Below are positions 24,583-33,117 of a stretch of 33,117 nt of DNA, one piece after another; within the stretch, counting starts at the first letter, position 1; each line of letters starts with the position of its first letter. Where the stretch lies: assembly GCA_016934535.1 (NCBI GenBank), contig JAFGSQ010000003.1:1-33117 (forward strand), in the 5' to 3' direction. The DNA is from a candidate division WOR-3 bacterium. Lineage in GTDB: Bacteria > SDB-A. Under the pieces are notes generated by a model. That model was given only the letters and a program-made list of their open reading frames with translations, made no database searches and was not told the DNA's origin. The position numbers were made by a program, and so were the translations under genes.

Positions 24583-26292
24583 ATGAAGAAAAGTGTAATG
24601 TTTGTAGCATTGATGCTGATGGCGTTCGGTCTTTTTGCTGACGTTGCCATCACAGGAGATTGCTGGCAACCTTATAAGGCTTCAGTGATAAACAACGTGG
24701 ATGTTACAACTCCTGTTCAAGTCAATGCTCAGGGATATTGGAGGGGTATTGCGCAGCCGGGAAGAAACCTGACATGTAAAAACGATACCATATCGGTCGT
24801 TTATTCAGTATTGACGACTACTCCAACATATAACCAGAAGATGTATCAGTCATATTCGACGGACAACGGCGCGACATGGTCATTAAATGCAATTGGTCAT
24901 AATGACTGCCTGAGGACTTATCCTCACGCCGACCAGATTTTTGATGTCACAAATATGTCCGATCCCTTTGGTGCATCACCTTATGTTATCTGGGCGGAAA
25001 GGCTTTCATCAGCTGCCAATGACACACTGTTTTTTGCATACGACGATTACCCAACTTTCGGACTTTTCAATCCGGTTCCGGTAAATGTGGGCATAACTCC
25101 TTATTTCCCAGTTGTTTGCGTTTTCGGAACAGGTGATAGCTTGATTGCCATGGCTACAGATAATGCAACAGACGATCTGATTGAATGGGTGTCTTATGAC
25201 GGCGGAGTTACTTGGACACAGGTGACATTCAGACCTATCGGAACCGACCAAGGATCGGTCTCGACTATGATTGATAACGGGAAAGGCGGATATGCTGTGG
25301 CTTTTTACAGCATACAGGAAGCGACCGGAGAGAATTTCCCTCCCCGCTACAAAGAAACAAACGACTACGGTCAGACCTGGTCAGCTGAGCAGCTGCTTTT
25401 CGACGTCGAAGTCGGAGGATATACTTTTTCAATGTCATGGCAGGGATACAGTGTAGTTATGGACCCCATCAACAATTATCCTTACTTCCTCGTTAAACTT
25501 GACACAGGCATTACAACGAATGAATCGTACACGTACGGAGAAATTTGGTTCCAGAAACCGAACGGCGGAACACCAGGAGCATACACTTTTGGCGATGCGG
25601 TTCCTGTTATAGTAGACGACCCGAGCGTTTTCAACCACATAGCTTCCGCACCGACGATAGCTTTTTACAGATCAGCGGTTGATTCAAGTGTTATTCTTCT
25701 CGGCACAGTCAGCGCTTTTGTCGATGAAGTCATCGGTACGGACACTTTCACTCAGCTTCAGCTTATCGTCGTTACATCGCAAGACGAAGGAAACACCTGG
25801 GACGAATACCAGATAACTTCCTATGACGCCGGCGGTTTAGACAAATCTTATCCGAGCGGAGCATCATACATTGACTCAGACGGCGATTATAACATATTCT
25901 TCACTGACTCGACACAGGGCGATAATGTCGTGTCTCCTGTTTATCACATTTCGTGCAACGTAGTCACTGATCTCGGTCTTCCCGCAGTGGGACCCTACGT
26001 CGTCGGTGTCGAAGAAACTCCGATAAACGAAATCCCGAACATGTACAATGTTACGACAACAACACAAAGGGGCCAGTGCAGTTTTACAATAGGTTTACCC
26101 GAAGGCGGAATGACTTCACTAAGAATATTCGATGTCTCCGGAAGAATTGTCACCGACGTTGTAAACAGGTATCTGTCAGCCGGGCAGTACAAATTCGACT
26201 GGAACACCGGAACTGTTCCTTCTGGAAACTATGTTTTCAGGCTAACTTCCAACGGATTTATTACTACCGGTAAAGTCTTAATTACTCAATAA
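24583..26292 (+). CDS. Secreted Asp-box/BNR-repeat (sialidase-like propeller) protein with a T9SS-like CTD, 569 aa
   Basis: Signal peptide. Asp boxes STDNGATW, SYDGGVTW, TNDYGQTW and SQDEGNTW. CTD LRIFDVSGRIV...SGNYVFRL...GKVLITQ. Confidence 0.8.
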   Translation: MKKSVMFVALMLMAFGLFADVAITGDCWQPYKASVINNVDVTTPVQVNAQGYWRGIAQPGRNLTCKNDTISVVYSVLTTTPTYNQKMYQSYSTDNGATWSLNAIGHNDCLRTYPHADQIFDVTNMSDPFGASPYVIWAERLSSAANDTLFFAYDDYPTFGLFNPVPVNVGITPYFPVVCVFGTGDSLIAMATDNATDDLIEWVSYDGGVTWTQVTFRPIGTDQGSVSTMIDNGKGGYAVAFYSIQEATGENFPPRYKETNDYGQTWSAEQLLFDVEVGGYTFSMSWQGYSVVMDPINNYPYFLVKLDTGITTNESYTYGEIWFQKPNGGTPGAYTFGDAVPVIVDDPSVFNHIASAPTIAFYRSAVDSSVILLGTVSAFVDEVIGTDTFTQLQLIVVTSQDEGNTWDEYQITSYDAGGLDKSYPSGASYIDSDGDYNIFFTDSTQGDNVVSPVYHISCNVVTDLGLPAVGPYVVGVEETPINEIPNMYNVTTTTQRGQCSFTIGLPEGGMTSLRIFDVSGRIVTDVVNRYLSAGQYKFDWNTGTVPSGNYVFRLTSNGFITTGKVLITQ

Positions 26293-26309
26293 CAGAACTG
26301 ATGATTAAT

Positions 26310-26339
26310 AAGGGGAGGGGAAAACCTTCCCCTTTTTTT
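26310..26339 (+). terminator. Intrinsic terminator
   Basis: aaggggagg-ggaaaa-ccttcccctt followed by a T run. Confidence 0.8.
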
Positions 26340-26346
26340 ATTTGCG

Positions 26347-26375
26347 TTGCAAAATAAATGGTTGAATTATATAAG
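26347..26375 (+). promoter_or_regulatory. Putative sigma70-type promoter for 26409..28115
   Basis: TTGCAA-N17-TATAAG immediately after the terminator. Confidence 0.35.
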
Positions 26376-26408
26376 GAGTTTGCGAAAACCATTTAAAATA
26401 GGAGGGCT

Positions 26409-28115
26409 GTGATGAAAAAATCATTAATGATTGTTTCATTTCTGTTGTTGGCATGGTCCATTTACAGTGATGTCCTCGTAGACGCGACCGATCTGGCAAT
26501 GCCTGTTTCGTCAGCAAAACCACCGAACCTCGGAAAACTGGCAACTCCAGTCCTCATAACCTCCGACATGAACTGGAGGGGTGTCGTTCAACCCGGCAGA
26601 AATGTCATCGCTAAGGGAGACACGATATCTGTCGTTTATTCTGTAACGACAACGGATCCAACGTTTACACAGCAAATGTATCAATCTTATTCGGTTGATG
26701 GAGGGCTAATCTGGACTGCTAATCAGATAGGCCACAACTGGTGTGTCAGAACTTATCCCCATTCCGACCAAATCAACAATATCACAAGTTCTGACCCACT
26801 GGGTGTGTCCCCTTACATAATCTGGCAGGAAAAATTGGCGTCTACCGTCAATGACACTTTATTCTTTGCTTATGATGATTACCCTGTTTTCGCGCTATTT
26901 AATCCTGTTCCCGTTAATGTGGGATTGAGTTCATATTTTTCATATATTTGCGTGTGGGGAGACGGTGACACTCTTTTTGCAACCGCCCTCGATTGGATTA
27001 CTAAAGATATTAGGGGTTGGACTTCAGAAGATTACGGTCAAAACTGGACACAAGTACCATTCCGCACGATTGGTTCTGATGCCGGTGCAGTTCAAGCCTT
27101 GGTGGACAACGGAAGTGACGGGTATGGATTTGCCTATTACGGTTTACAGTATGTATCTGGAAGGCCAATATATCCCAAGTTTAAGGAAACTACCGACTAC
27201 GGACAGACCTGGACCTCTGAACAGGAATTTTTGAACATTGCGGTGACTGACAGTTTGGGTAACGACGATACACTTTCAGTCACATGGCAGGGATTTTCTC
27301 TAATTGTAGATCCAAACACGAACATTCCATATATAGCAGGCAAATTTGATCCTCATAAAGATCCGGACTACAGCTACAACTACGGTGAAATCTGGTTTAC
27401 AAAACCCAGCACGGGTATTCCGGGAGCCTATACATTCGACGCTAACAACCCAATTCCAGTTTTTACTGGAGATCCTAATGTTTTTGAACACTTGGCCGGA
27501 TACGCTACAATTTCATATTACTATTCATATCCAGATTCTGGAATAGTTCTTATGATATTTTTCGACGCTTTGGCGCAGGATTCATTGAGCTGGCAGCTTT
27601 ATTGCGCTTCTTCTATTGACGAGGGCAACACTTGGGATGTCCAGCAGGTGACGCCGAACGACACGGCTATGGAGAATGACATGGTAGATGCCTCATATTA
27701 CGTGAGTCAGAATGGAGACGTTAGTATTGTTTTCTGTAATTCGTCAGGAACGCACAACGAAACAGATCATCTCGAATATTATTACTTACCGGTCAACGTG
27801 GTGATGGACCTCGGTCTTCCCCCGGTAAGCGTTGAAGAGAACACCGTGGTTGTGATTCCCAGTGTGTACAGAGTCAACGCTTCTACGACGCGTGGACAGT
27901 GTAGTTTTGCCGTTGGACTGCCCGAAGGCGGTATGACTTCACTAAAAGTTTACGACGCCACTGGAAGAATGGTCACGGAACTTGTCAACCGTTATCTTTC
28001 AGCGGGCCAGTACAATTTCAGCTGGAACACGAGCGGAATCCCTTCGGGTAATTACATTTACAGACTGAAATCGAACGGTTTTGTGACAACGGGTAAAGTT
28101 ATCGTAGCGGAATAA
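26409..28115 (+). CDS. Tandem paralog: secreted Asp-box/BNR-repeat protein with a T9SS-like CTD, 568 aa (start 26409 or 26412)
   Basis: Full-length similarity to 24583..26292 (WRG..QPGRN, NDTLFFAYDDYP, YGEIWF). Asp boxes SVDGGLIW, SEDYGQNW, TTDYGQTW and SIDEGNTW. Confidence 0.8.
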   Translation: MMKKSLMIVSFLLLAWSIYSDVLVDATDLAMPVSSAKPPNLGKLATPVLITSDMNWRGVVQPGRNVIAKGDTISVVYSVTTTDPTFTQQMYQSYSVDGGLIWTANQIGHNWCVRTYPHSDQINNITSSDPLGVSPYIIWQEKLASTVNDTLFFAYDDYPVFALFNPVPVNVGLSSYFSYICVWGDGDTLFATALDWITKDIRGWTSEDYGQNWTQVPFRTIGSDAGAVQALVDNGSDGYGFAYYGLQYVSGRPIYPKFKETTDYGQTWTSEQEFLNIAVTDSLGNDDTLSVTWQGFSLIVDPNTNIPYIAGKFDPHKDPDYSYNYGEIWFTKPSTGIPGAYTFDANNPIPVFTGDPNVFEHLAGYATISYYYSYPDSGIVLMIFFDALAQDSLSWQLYCASSIDEGNTWDVQQVTPNDTAMENDMVDASYYVSQNGDVSIVFCNSSGTHNETDHLEYYYLPVNVVMDLGLPPVSVEENTVVVIPSVYRVNASTTRGQCSFAVGLPEGGMTSLKVYDATGRMVTELVNRYLSAGQYNFSWNTSGIPSGNYIYRLKSNGFVTTGKVIVAE

Positions 28116-28131
28116 TATTATTTTAATCTAT

Positions 28132-28158
28132 AAAAGAGAGAGGAAACCTCCCTTTTTT
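28132..28158 (+). terminator. Intrinsic terminator
   Basis: aaaagagagagg-aaa-cctcccttttt imperfect stem with a T run. Confidence 0.6.
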
Positions 28159-28218
28159 GTCTTTTGTTTACTTTATTAATGTTATATAATTACCGGTGAA
28201 GACCTAAAAGGAGTCCCA

Positions 28219-29766
28219 ATGACAGTAAGGAACGTATTGTTTTTCCTCTTTGTTTTACCTTCATTATTAATCTCGTCGGATTTTGCAAGCGGACAAATGA
28301 TAGTCAAATTCAGGAATGAAATCAGGGGAAGCCTTGCTTTTGAAAAGGAAGGCGATTTGATTGTGTCTGGATTTAAGGATTTAGATGAAGCACTCTCCGA
28401 TTTCGATGTGACTGATTACGAGCAGATAATCGAAAACTACGACAGCAAAAGAAAATTCGATTACGGGCTTGATATGATTTATCTGTTTTATTTTCCTGCT
28501 GAAATAGATGTCTGCGAGTTTGTCAGGACAATTTCAAAAATTCCAATTGTTGAATACAGCGAACCTAATTACATAAGAAACGTTTTTTCTTCAATGGTTT
28601 TCAATCCTTTTCTTGTGCCCAACGACCCTGATTATTCACAGCAATGGTTCCTACCGAACATCGGCGCCGACAGCGCGTGGAATATTGAAACCGGAAACCA
28701 TTCAAAGAGAGTCTGCATAATAGATGTCGGCATGGAGTATTCTCATCCGGACATCTCGGGAAACTGGATAACAGGCTACGATTTCTACGACGACGATCCG
28801 GACCCGGACCCGGGTTTTTGGGGATTTTTGGAAACACACGGAACGCATTGCTGTGGCTGCGCAGCGGCTGTGACAAACAATTCGGTCGGCGTCGCTTCAG
28901 TCGGTTACGCGATAGGACTCATTGGAGTAAGGGCGGGTTTTCTTTTTTCCATAAGCGATGCCGCCGCAACTCAAGGCGTCTATTACGCCTGCACAACGGG
29001 AGCTTCAGTAATATCGATGAGTTTCGGCGGTCCTGATCCGATAACGACTCTGCAGACGGCAATCAACGAAGCGTACAACAATTACGACATAATAGTGTGT
29101 GCAGCCGCAGGCAACAACGGTGACACGGTGCCGCAATACCCTGCGAACGGCGAAAATGTCGTCTCTGTTGCCGCGACAAACTCGGCTAATCAGAGGGCGA
29201 GTTTTTCAACATACGGCGGCTGGGTCGATGTTTCAGCTCCCGGAGAAGACATATATTCGACCTTGCCTTCTTTGGGTGGAAATTACGGTTTGATGAGCGG
29301 GACTTCAATGGCGTGTCCTGTGACTGCCGGATTGCTGACGCTTATGAGGTGCCGTTTTCCGTCTGAGACAAATTCCCAGATAATAACAAGGCTCTACGCG
29401 TCCGCAGATTCGATGCCTGCGGAACCGCTTATTCTTCAGGGACTGATGGGAGCCGGAAAGATAAACGCTTTCAGGGCTCTTCAAGACGCTTTAAGCGTGG
29501 AAGAAACACCTTGCATAAAAGATTTTGACATAAAAATTTACCACTTGAACGATGGAAGAACGTCGCTTATAATTGCTTCTTCCAGGGGCTTGGAATGTAA
29601 AATAGATCTTTTCGATGCCTCCGGAAGACTGACGACCAGGCTTTTTGAGGGACAACTCCTTGGAGAAAAACGATTGGATCTTAGTGGTTTATCTTCGGGA
29701 AGTTATATTTACAGAATTAGTTCAGTGGAAGGCTTTTTTACGGGAAAAATTGAAATTATAAAATAG
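28219..29766 (+). CDS. S8 (subtilisin/thermitase-like) serine protease with propeptide and T9SS-like CTD, 515 aa
   Basis: Triad motifs IIDVG, HGTHCCG and SGTSMACP, oxyanion AAAGN. CTD LFDASGRL...SGSYIYRI...GKIEIIK. Confidence 0.93.
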   Translation: MTVRNVLFFLFVLPSLLISSDFASGQMIVKFRNEIRGSLAFEKEGDLIVSGFKDLDEALSDFDVTDYEQIIENYDSKRKFDYGLDMIYLFYFPAEIDVCEFVRTISKIPIVEYSEPNYIRNVFSSMVFNPFLVPNDPDYSQQWFLPNIGADSAWNIETGNHSKRVCIIDVGMEYSHPDISGNWITGYDFYDDDPDPDPGFWGFLETHGTHCCGCAAAVTNNSVGVASVGYAIGLIGVRAGFLFSISDAAATQGVYYACTTGASVISMSFGGPDPITTLQTAINEAYNNYDIIVCAAAGNNGDTVPQYPANGENVVSVAATNSANQRASFSTYGGWVDVSAPGEDIYSTLPSLGGNYGLMSGTSMACPVTAGLLTLMRCRFPSETNSQIITRLYASADSMPAEPLILQGLMGAGKINAFRALQDALSVEETPCIKDFDIKIYHLNDGRTSLIIASSRGLECKIDLFDASGRLTTRLFEGQLLGEKRLDLSGLSSGSYIYRISSVEGFFTGKIEIIK

Positions 29767-29775
29767 GAGGAATGA

Positions 29776-32325
29776 ATGAAAAGAAATGTCGTCGCATTTT
29801 TACTTTTATCGGTTGTAGCGCTGCCTCTTTTGGCGGTTCAAACACACAAACCGGGCGAAGTGGTAGTAAAATTCATAAACGATTACAGGGGAAGTATTTC
29901 CTTTGACAATGAAAACGGAACACTTGTCTCAGGTATAGAGTCTCTGGACAAAATTCTAGCAGACAATGAATTTAATGATTACGAAATTCTTGTTGCCGAT
30001 TACGATTTCAACAGGAACAAGGATTACGGACTCGACATGATGTATGTGTTCAGATCGAGTTCGGACAAAAACGCTGTTGCCAGTATAAACGACTTTAATG
30101 AGCTTCCTTTTGTTGAATTTGTTGAACTGAACATCGCTGCAGATTTTTACAAAACGCCGAATTTCACAGGATGGGAGCCTTTCTATTTGCCCAATGATCC
30201 ATATTACACAAACCAGTGGTTTTTAAACACAATTTATGCGTTTCAGGCTTGGGATCTTGTTGTAGGCAATCACAGCTCGATTGTAGGGGTAGTTGACGAT
30301 GCGTGTGAAAGAAATCACCAGGACCTGCAGGCTAACTACATTACAGGTTACGATTATGTCAACAATGACAATGATCCTACTCCTATTGATACATCTGAAA
30401 GTCACGGAACGCATTGCTCTGGTCTTGCGGCGGCCGTGACGAATAATTCATTGGGAATAGCCGGAGCGAGCCATAATGTCGGACTGATAGGTGTGAGGAC
30501 TTATTATCTGACACAATGCGCTCAGGGAATTTATTTCTGCTCGCAGAACGGCGCAAACGTTATTTCAATGAGTTGGGGTCCGGGAAGTTCAGGCATCCTC
30601 GCAGCGATTAACGACGCACACGACAATTACGATGTCATTTGTCTCTCTTCAGCGGGCAACGACAATGTCAGCACTCCTACGTATCCCGCGGCGTATGACA
30701 ATTGTGTTGCAGTGGCATCTTCTGGTTCGGGTGATTTCAAATCGAGTTTTTCAAACTACGGTTATTGGATCGACATCACTTCTCCTGGTGAAAACATGTA
30801 TTCGACGATTCCTTACGGTGCATACGGATACATGGACGGAACATCGATGTCCTGCCCTCTTGCGGCGGGTGTAGCGGCGTTGATCAGGGTGTTTGACCCT
30901 TCCATTAGCGCTGATTCAACTGAATTAATATTGGAAGCCGGATGCGATGCTATGTTCAACGATCCATATTTTAATGCAGGCAATATGGGTGCCGGAAGAA
31001 TTAATGTCTTGAGATCAATAGGTAAAATGGGTTTCACGGATTTCAGATTTGTAGGATCAGAGGTTTCCGGCCCGGGTGGTTCTTTTCATATATTGCCGGG
31101 TCAACAGGGGACGATTGAAATTGAACTGGTATGTGACACGGCTTACAGATCAGCATCGTCAATTCAAATTACGGCCTCTTCTTCATCTCCGATCATAGCG
31201 TTAACTGACAGCGTGTCAGATGTGGGTTCTGCCAATCCAGGCGATACAGTGTCCAATTCATCCGACCCGATAGTTTTCAATGTTTCTTCTTCAGCAACAG
31301 TTCAGTTCGTCGATGTGGATTTCGTAATATCGAGTAATCCAGATCCGATAAATAGTACTTTCACGATCAGATTTCCAGCCGGAGGCATCCCTGAAATATT
31401 AATTGTAAACGCCGATGTACATGGAAATTACAGCAACAAGTATTCGGATCCTTTAGAACGTTTGTCAAGAATGTACGATGTATGGTATAGGTATGAAGAC
31501 GGGCCGGTAAGTTCAATAATCCAGGATTATCAGATGATAATCTGGTATTCCGGAGACGCCACCGTGAGTGACAGTGTGCTTTCAGGACAGGATATAGTCG
31601 ATTTAACAGGTTATATTGACTCGGGGAGGGACTTGTTTATAACCGGACAAAATATTGCTCAATTCTTAAACGGAAATTCGTTTTCAACAGATTATCTTCA
31701 TGTTGCGTGGATTAAAAATGGAACTGTTTCCGGTTTAGATGCAGTATCTGGATCAATATTTGACCCTATAATGGTCGCAACAGCAGGAGGTCAACCTTCG
31801 AATCAAAATTCGAGGGATGTTGTTTCAGCCACTAACGGAGGAAACGAAGCACTTGAATACCTCGGCTCATCGGATGTCGGTGCTGTTACATATTTCCAGG
31901 GTTCCGGCAAAGTCGTGTTTTTCGGTTTCGGTTTTGAAGCCATTTATCAAACTGGACCTTTCGCGTCTCCTGACACTGTGATGAAAAGAGTATTAGACTG
32001 GTTCGAAACAGGCGTGGAAGAACAACCTGTTATAGCTGACCCCGACATAAACACGCTTCTTCTGACTGTTAACGGAGTCTCAGTATTCACTTCTTCGGTG
32101 CATTTTTCAGCTGATATTCCGCAAGACGAAGAAGCCGGAGTTTATGTTTTCGATATAACGGGCAGAAACGTCAGAACAATAGCTTCAGGACTGACTTACG
32201 GTTCGCACAGACTGACGTGGGACGGAAGAGACGAAAAAGGCATACAAGTTTCAGGAGGAAACTACATAGTGAGGATGATAGGAAGGAAATCTTCATCCTC
32301 GACCAGAGTGCTTCTGGTAAGATAA
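29776..32325 (+). CDS. S8 serine protease with additional C-terminal domains and an FlgD-Ig/T9SS-like CTD, 849 aa
   Basis: VVDDA, HGTHCSG, SSAGN and DGTSMSCP. C-terminal VFDITGRNVRTI...WDGRDEKG..VSGGNYIVRM. Confidence 0.93.
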   Translation: MKRNVVAFLLLSVVALPLLAVQTHKPGEVVVKFINDYRGSISFDNENGTLVSGIESLDKILADNEFNDYEILVADYDFNRNKDYGLDMMYVFRSSSDKNAVASINDFNELPFVEFVELNIAADFYKTPNFTGWEPFYLPNDPYYTNQWFLNTIYAFQAWDLVVGNHSSIVGVVDDACERNHQDLQANYITGYDYVNNDNDPTPIDTSESHGTHCSGLAAAVTNNSLGIAGASHNVGLIGVRTYYLTQCAQGIYFCSQNGANVISMSWGPGSSGILAAINDAHDNYDVICLSSAGNDNVSTPTYPAAYDNCVAVASSGSGDFKSSFSNYGYWIDITSPGENMYSTIPYGAYGYMDGTSMSCPLAAGVAALIRVFDPSISADSTELILEAGCDAMFNDPYFNAGNMGAGRINVLRSIGKMGFTDFRFVGSEVSGPGGSFHILPGQQGTIEIELVCDTAYRSASSIQITASSSSPIIALTDSVSDVGSANPGDTVSNSSDPIVFNVSSSATVQFVDVDFVISSNPDPINSTFTIRFPAGGIPEILIVNADVHGNYSNKYSDPLERLSRMYDVWYRYEDGPVSSIIQDYQMIIWYSGDATVSDSVLSGQDIVDLTGYIDSGRDLFITGQNIAQFLNGNSFSTDYLHVAWIKNGTVSGLDAVSGSIFDPIMVATAGGQPSNQNSRDVVSATNGGNEALEYLGSSDVGAVTYFQGSGKVVFFGFGFEAIYQTGPFASPDTVMKRVLDWFETGVEEQPVIADPDINTLLLTVNGVSVFTSSVHFSADIPQDEEAGVYVFDITGRNVRTIASGLTYGSHRLTWDGRDEKGIQVSGGNYIVRMIGRKSSSSTRVLLVR

Positions 32326-32328
32326 GAT

Positions 32329-33036
32329 TCACTTTGGGTTTTTAAAAAGACCCGTAACTATTTTTACAACTTCGAGGGGTGAAGCCGCTGAAAAATCAGC
32401 CGTAACGCCCCTCGTGTCGTTGAATCCCCAACAGGCGAGAATTGAAATGCATCCCGCGTTTTTGGCCGAAGTTATATCCGTCCAGGCGTCGCCGACGAGG
32501 GCTATCCGGCTTGTGTCGGTATTTTTCTTTAAGGCTATTTCTTTTATCATGGCCGGATCGGGTTTGAGTGGAAAACCCATTCCTCCGGTTATTATGACAT
32601 CAAAGTGGTGTGTCATTCCGAGCGAATCCAGCAATTTTTTAGTCATAATATTCTCTTTGTTGGTCGCTATACACAGTGAAATTTGCAAGTCCTTAAGGCA
32701 TTCCAGCGTCGAAATAATCCCTTCGTACGGTAAACTTTTGTCCGTGATATGATTTATATAATGCTCTGAAAAAATTGTTTTTGCGCTTGAAATGGATGTT
32801 TCGTCGCAAAATCTGTTTTCCAAAGAAGTTCTGACCAGGTGGTCAAATCCCTGGCCGACGGCCTTCATTGCCTCTGCCTTGGGAAGAGACTCCAAGCCCA
32901 GGGTATTTCTGAGGTAATTTATTGATCCTACAAGGTCATCTGAAGTGTCTACCAGAGTTCCGTCAAGATCGAAAATAACTGTCAAAGGTCGCGAGTAAGT
33001 CATTTCATTAAATTCAGAAAAATATACTGGAATCAC
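32329..33036 (-). CDS. HAD-superfamily phosphatase (phosphoglycolate phosphatase-like). True start uncertain: ATG 33003, or outside the window
   Basis: DLDGTLVDT (motif I), ATNK (II), KPDP (III) and VGDAWTDI (IV). The frame stays open to the window end at 33117. Confidence 0.88.
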   Translation of the reverse strand: MIPVYFSEFNEMTYSRPLTVIFDLDGTLVDTSDDLVGSINYLRNTLGLESLPKAEAMKAVGQGFDHLVRTSLENRFCDETSISSAKTIFSEHYINHITDKSLPYEGIISTLECLKDLQISLCIATNKENIMTKKLLDSLGMTHHFDVIITGGMGFPLKPDPAMIKEIALKKNTDTSRIALVGDAWTDITSAKNAGCISILACWGFNDTRGVTADFSAASPLEVVKIVTGLFKNPK

Positions 33037-33117
33037 TAGTGTCCTATAAAAAATAAAAAGAAAAAGACTGGTTCCTAAAAAGAAAATATAATCAAAAAAA
33101 GCTAAAAAAAGGAACCA

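Noticed and set aside
33069-33117. 8-bp inverted repeat tggttcct/aggaacca at the window end
   Set aside because: It is short, truncated by the edge and lies within a probably coding frame.
1-33117. CRISPR arrays, tRNA/rRNA genes, transposases, integrases and defence systems
   Set aside because: No regularly spaced repeats, RNA-gene signatures or corresponding protein motifs were recognised by eye.

Overview
Bacterial diderm genomic window. Almost all genes are on the + strand. The TonB-dependent receptor, PorV-family barrel and T9SS-like C-terminal domains suggest an FCB-related lineage such as WOR-3; this is inference only. There are four blocks. (1) 38-11779: a GlmL/MutL-family ASKHA ATPase with no glutamate mutase subunits in the window, a 375-aa partner carrying barrel-sandwich-hybrid (lipoyl-like) motifs, and a four-gene membrane module A-B-C-D with a second copy of A. 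After a 440-bp structured spacer comes a complete but highly diverged second A-B-C-D module, translationally coupled to a lipoate-protein ligase family gene. (2) 11852-14970: a DUF4388 / roadblock-like / small-membrane-protein operon whose soluble proteins share a C-terminal helical domain. (3) 15133-32325: a TonB-dependent receptor, ExbB, two ExbD, TonB, a large CTD-bearing secreted protein, a PorV-family protein, a second ExbB, then four CTD-bearing cargo proteins (two Asp-box propeller paralogs and two S8 proteases). (4) A convergent HAD phosphatase whose reading frame runs off the window edge. No rRNA, tRNA, CRISPR array or mobile element was recognised. The best candidates for an undescribed system are the GlmL-like ATPase plus duplicated membrane complex, and the TBDR-CTD protein-PorV module. 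Family assignments are from motif recognition, not database searches.
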